DNA of 32,000 nucleotides from Candidatus Saccharimonadota bacterium (GTDB lineage Bacteria > Patescibacteriota > Microgenomatia > UBA1406 > GWC2-37-13), in the NCBI GenBank assembly GCA_001790095.1, contig MGBH01000001.1:480001-512000 (forward strand). The letters run 5' to 3'. The notes under the pieces were generated by a model. It was not told where the DNA came from. It worked only from the letters and a program-made list of their open reading frames with translations, and ran no database searches. Shown one piece after another: positions 31,240 through 32,000 of this stretch. A program made the position numbers and the translations under genes. How positions within the stretch are numbered: position 1 is the stretch's first letter; each line of letters opens with the position of its first letter.

Positions 31240-32000
31240 TCCTCGAAAATACCAATATAAAGAAATATACATACCTGTTCTCAAAAAAGTGATTACATAA
31301 TAAGATAAACGGATACAAAACTGACCTAAAGTCTGCGACATCTGTAAGAGGGGATTAGAAAATGATTTGATTATGATAAATGGATTTCGCGCAAAAAAAT
31401 AAGAACGAAGGGGCGTCATTAGATTTGATCCAATTTCCCCTGTGGTAGCTGATACCTTATGTAAAACTAATGACTGTTTTAATACATAGGTTAAAAAGCC
31501 TTTATCGTATGCTTTTAAGCAAAAATCAAGGTCTTCAAAATAATAACCGAATCGTCGATCAAGTAACCCTACTTTTTTAAAAACAGATGATCTTATCATC
31601 ATAGAGCAGCCTGTAACAAAATCTGTATAGCTGTTAGTGGAGGATTCTACATCATCGCCCATTTTAACGTGTTGGGTGAAACAAAAAGTTCGATTAAATT
31701 TACCTCCTGCAAACCATATCTTTCGAGGGTGCTTGTAGTAGGCAATAGTTGGGGATACTATACCCACATCCTTTTTTTTCTCAAGAAGGGTTGTAAGACG
31801 TGAGATAAGATTTTTATTGACAACAGTGTCATCATTAAGTAAAAGAATATAATCGCATTTTTTTTTAAGAAGGTATCTAATCCCAAGATTGTTACTATTT
31901 GCATATCCGTCGTTTTTTCTCCGATTGATAGTAGTGACTATAGATGGATATTCTCTTAGTAGTTTGGGGGTTTTATCTTTAGAGTTGTTATCCACTACAA
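31171..32000 (-). CDS. GT2-family glycosyltransferase (partial; N-terminus beyond the right edge)
   Basis: The frame stays open to the window edge (...VVDNNSKDKT). GT-A motifs are DNNSKD, NLGIRYL, LLLNDDTVV, FVTGCSMMIRSSVFKKVGLLDRRFGYYFEDLDFCLKA and LHKVS. The C-terminal tail is hydrophobic. Confidence 0.8.
   Translation of the reverse strand, partial: VVDNNSKDKTPKLLREYPSIVTTINRRKNDGYANSNNLGIRYLLKKKCDYILLLNDDTVVNKNLISRLTTLLEKKKDVGIVSPTIAYYKHPRKIWFAGGKFNRTFCFTQHVKMGDDVESSTNSYTDFVTGCSMMIRSSVFKKVGLLDRRFGYYFEDLDFCLKAYDKGFLTYVLKQSLVLHKVSATTGEIGSNLMTPLRSYFFARNPFIIIKSFSNPLLQMSQTLGQFCIRLSYYVITFLRTGMYISLYWYFRGLYEGLIFLLTGRLFKHKIKEIK

Noticed and set aside
1-32000. Alternative genetic code (UGA = Gly, code 25) as in some candidate phyla
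   Set aside because: TGA terminates thrS, mtaB, pilB and pilM at positions matching the expected protein ends. Long conserved ORFs contain no internal TGA, so the standard bacterial code fits.
1-32000. CRISPR arrays, transposases, integrases, prophage genes or rRNA
   Set aside because: No spaced direct-repeat array and no recognisable recombinase or transposase motifs were seen. Every ORF above about 100 aa is accounted for by housekeeping, pilus or glycosyltransferase functions.

Overview
AT-rich (about one-third G+C by eye, not computed), very tightly packed bacterial window. It uses the standard code: TGA ends thrS, mtaB and pilB at the expected C-termini. Gene content and style suggest a small-genome, probably monoderm Patescibacteria/CPR-like organism; this is inference only. 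The supporting traits are domain-trimmed aminoacyl-tRNA synthetases, few Shine-Dalgarno sites, overlapping gene ends, and a type IV pilus locus with no secretin in the window.

Layout:
- 1-2640: trigger factor (partial), a secreted lysozyme-like hydrolase, an MtaB-like methylthiotransferase, and tRNA-Val(GAC) and tRNA-Asp(GUC).
- 2843-8793: the conserved thrS-infC-rpmI-rplT-pheS-pheT block.
- 8782-11400: a class A PBP.
- 11600-15134: recG and rpmF-nusB-rnc-rpsP.
- 15148-25800: a two-armed type IV pilus locus. The minus arm carries a holB-like gene, three GspG-like pilins, H/I/J-like minor pilins and pilMNO. The plus arm carries pilB-pilT-pilC and a separately promoted and terminated major pilin.
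- 25862-32000: three GT-C-type polytopic membrane proteins plus a GT2 glycosyltransferase.

Most interesting observations:
- An apparently leaderless 15-codon ORF with four consecutive Thr codons precedes thrS. It is followed by a mutually exclusive antiterminator/terminator pair, i.e. leader-peptide attenuation of a ThrRS operon.
- A recurrent extended -10 / N6-8 / ATG geometry suggests widespread leaderless first genes.
- The whole 5' UTR of the hydrolase gene is a terminator-shaped hairpin plus U7.
- A 14-bp palindrome made of two back-to-back -10 boxes lies between the two pilus arms.
- A glycosyltransferase cluster abuts the major pilin gene and includes a 110-bp divergent 5' overlap.

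No CRISPR array, transposase, integrase or rRNA was seen. All family assignments come from motif recognition by eye and need HMM or BLAST confirmation.
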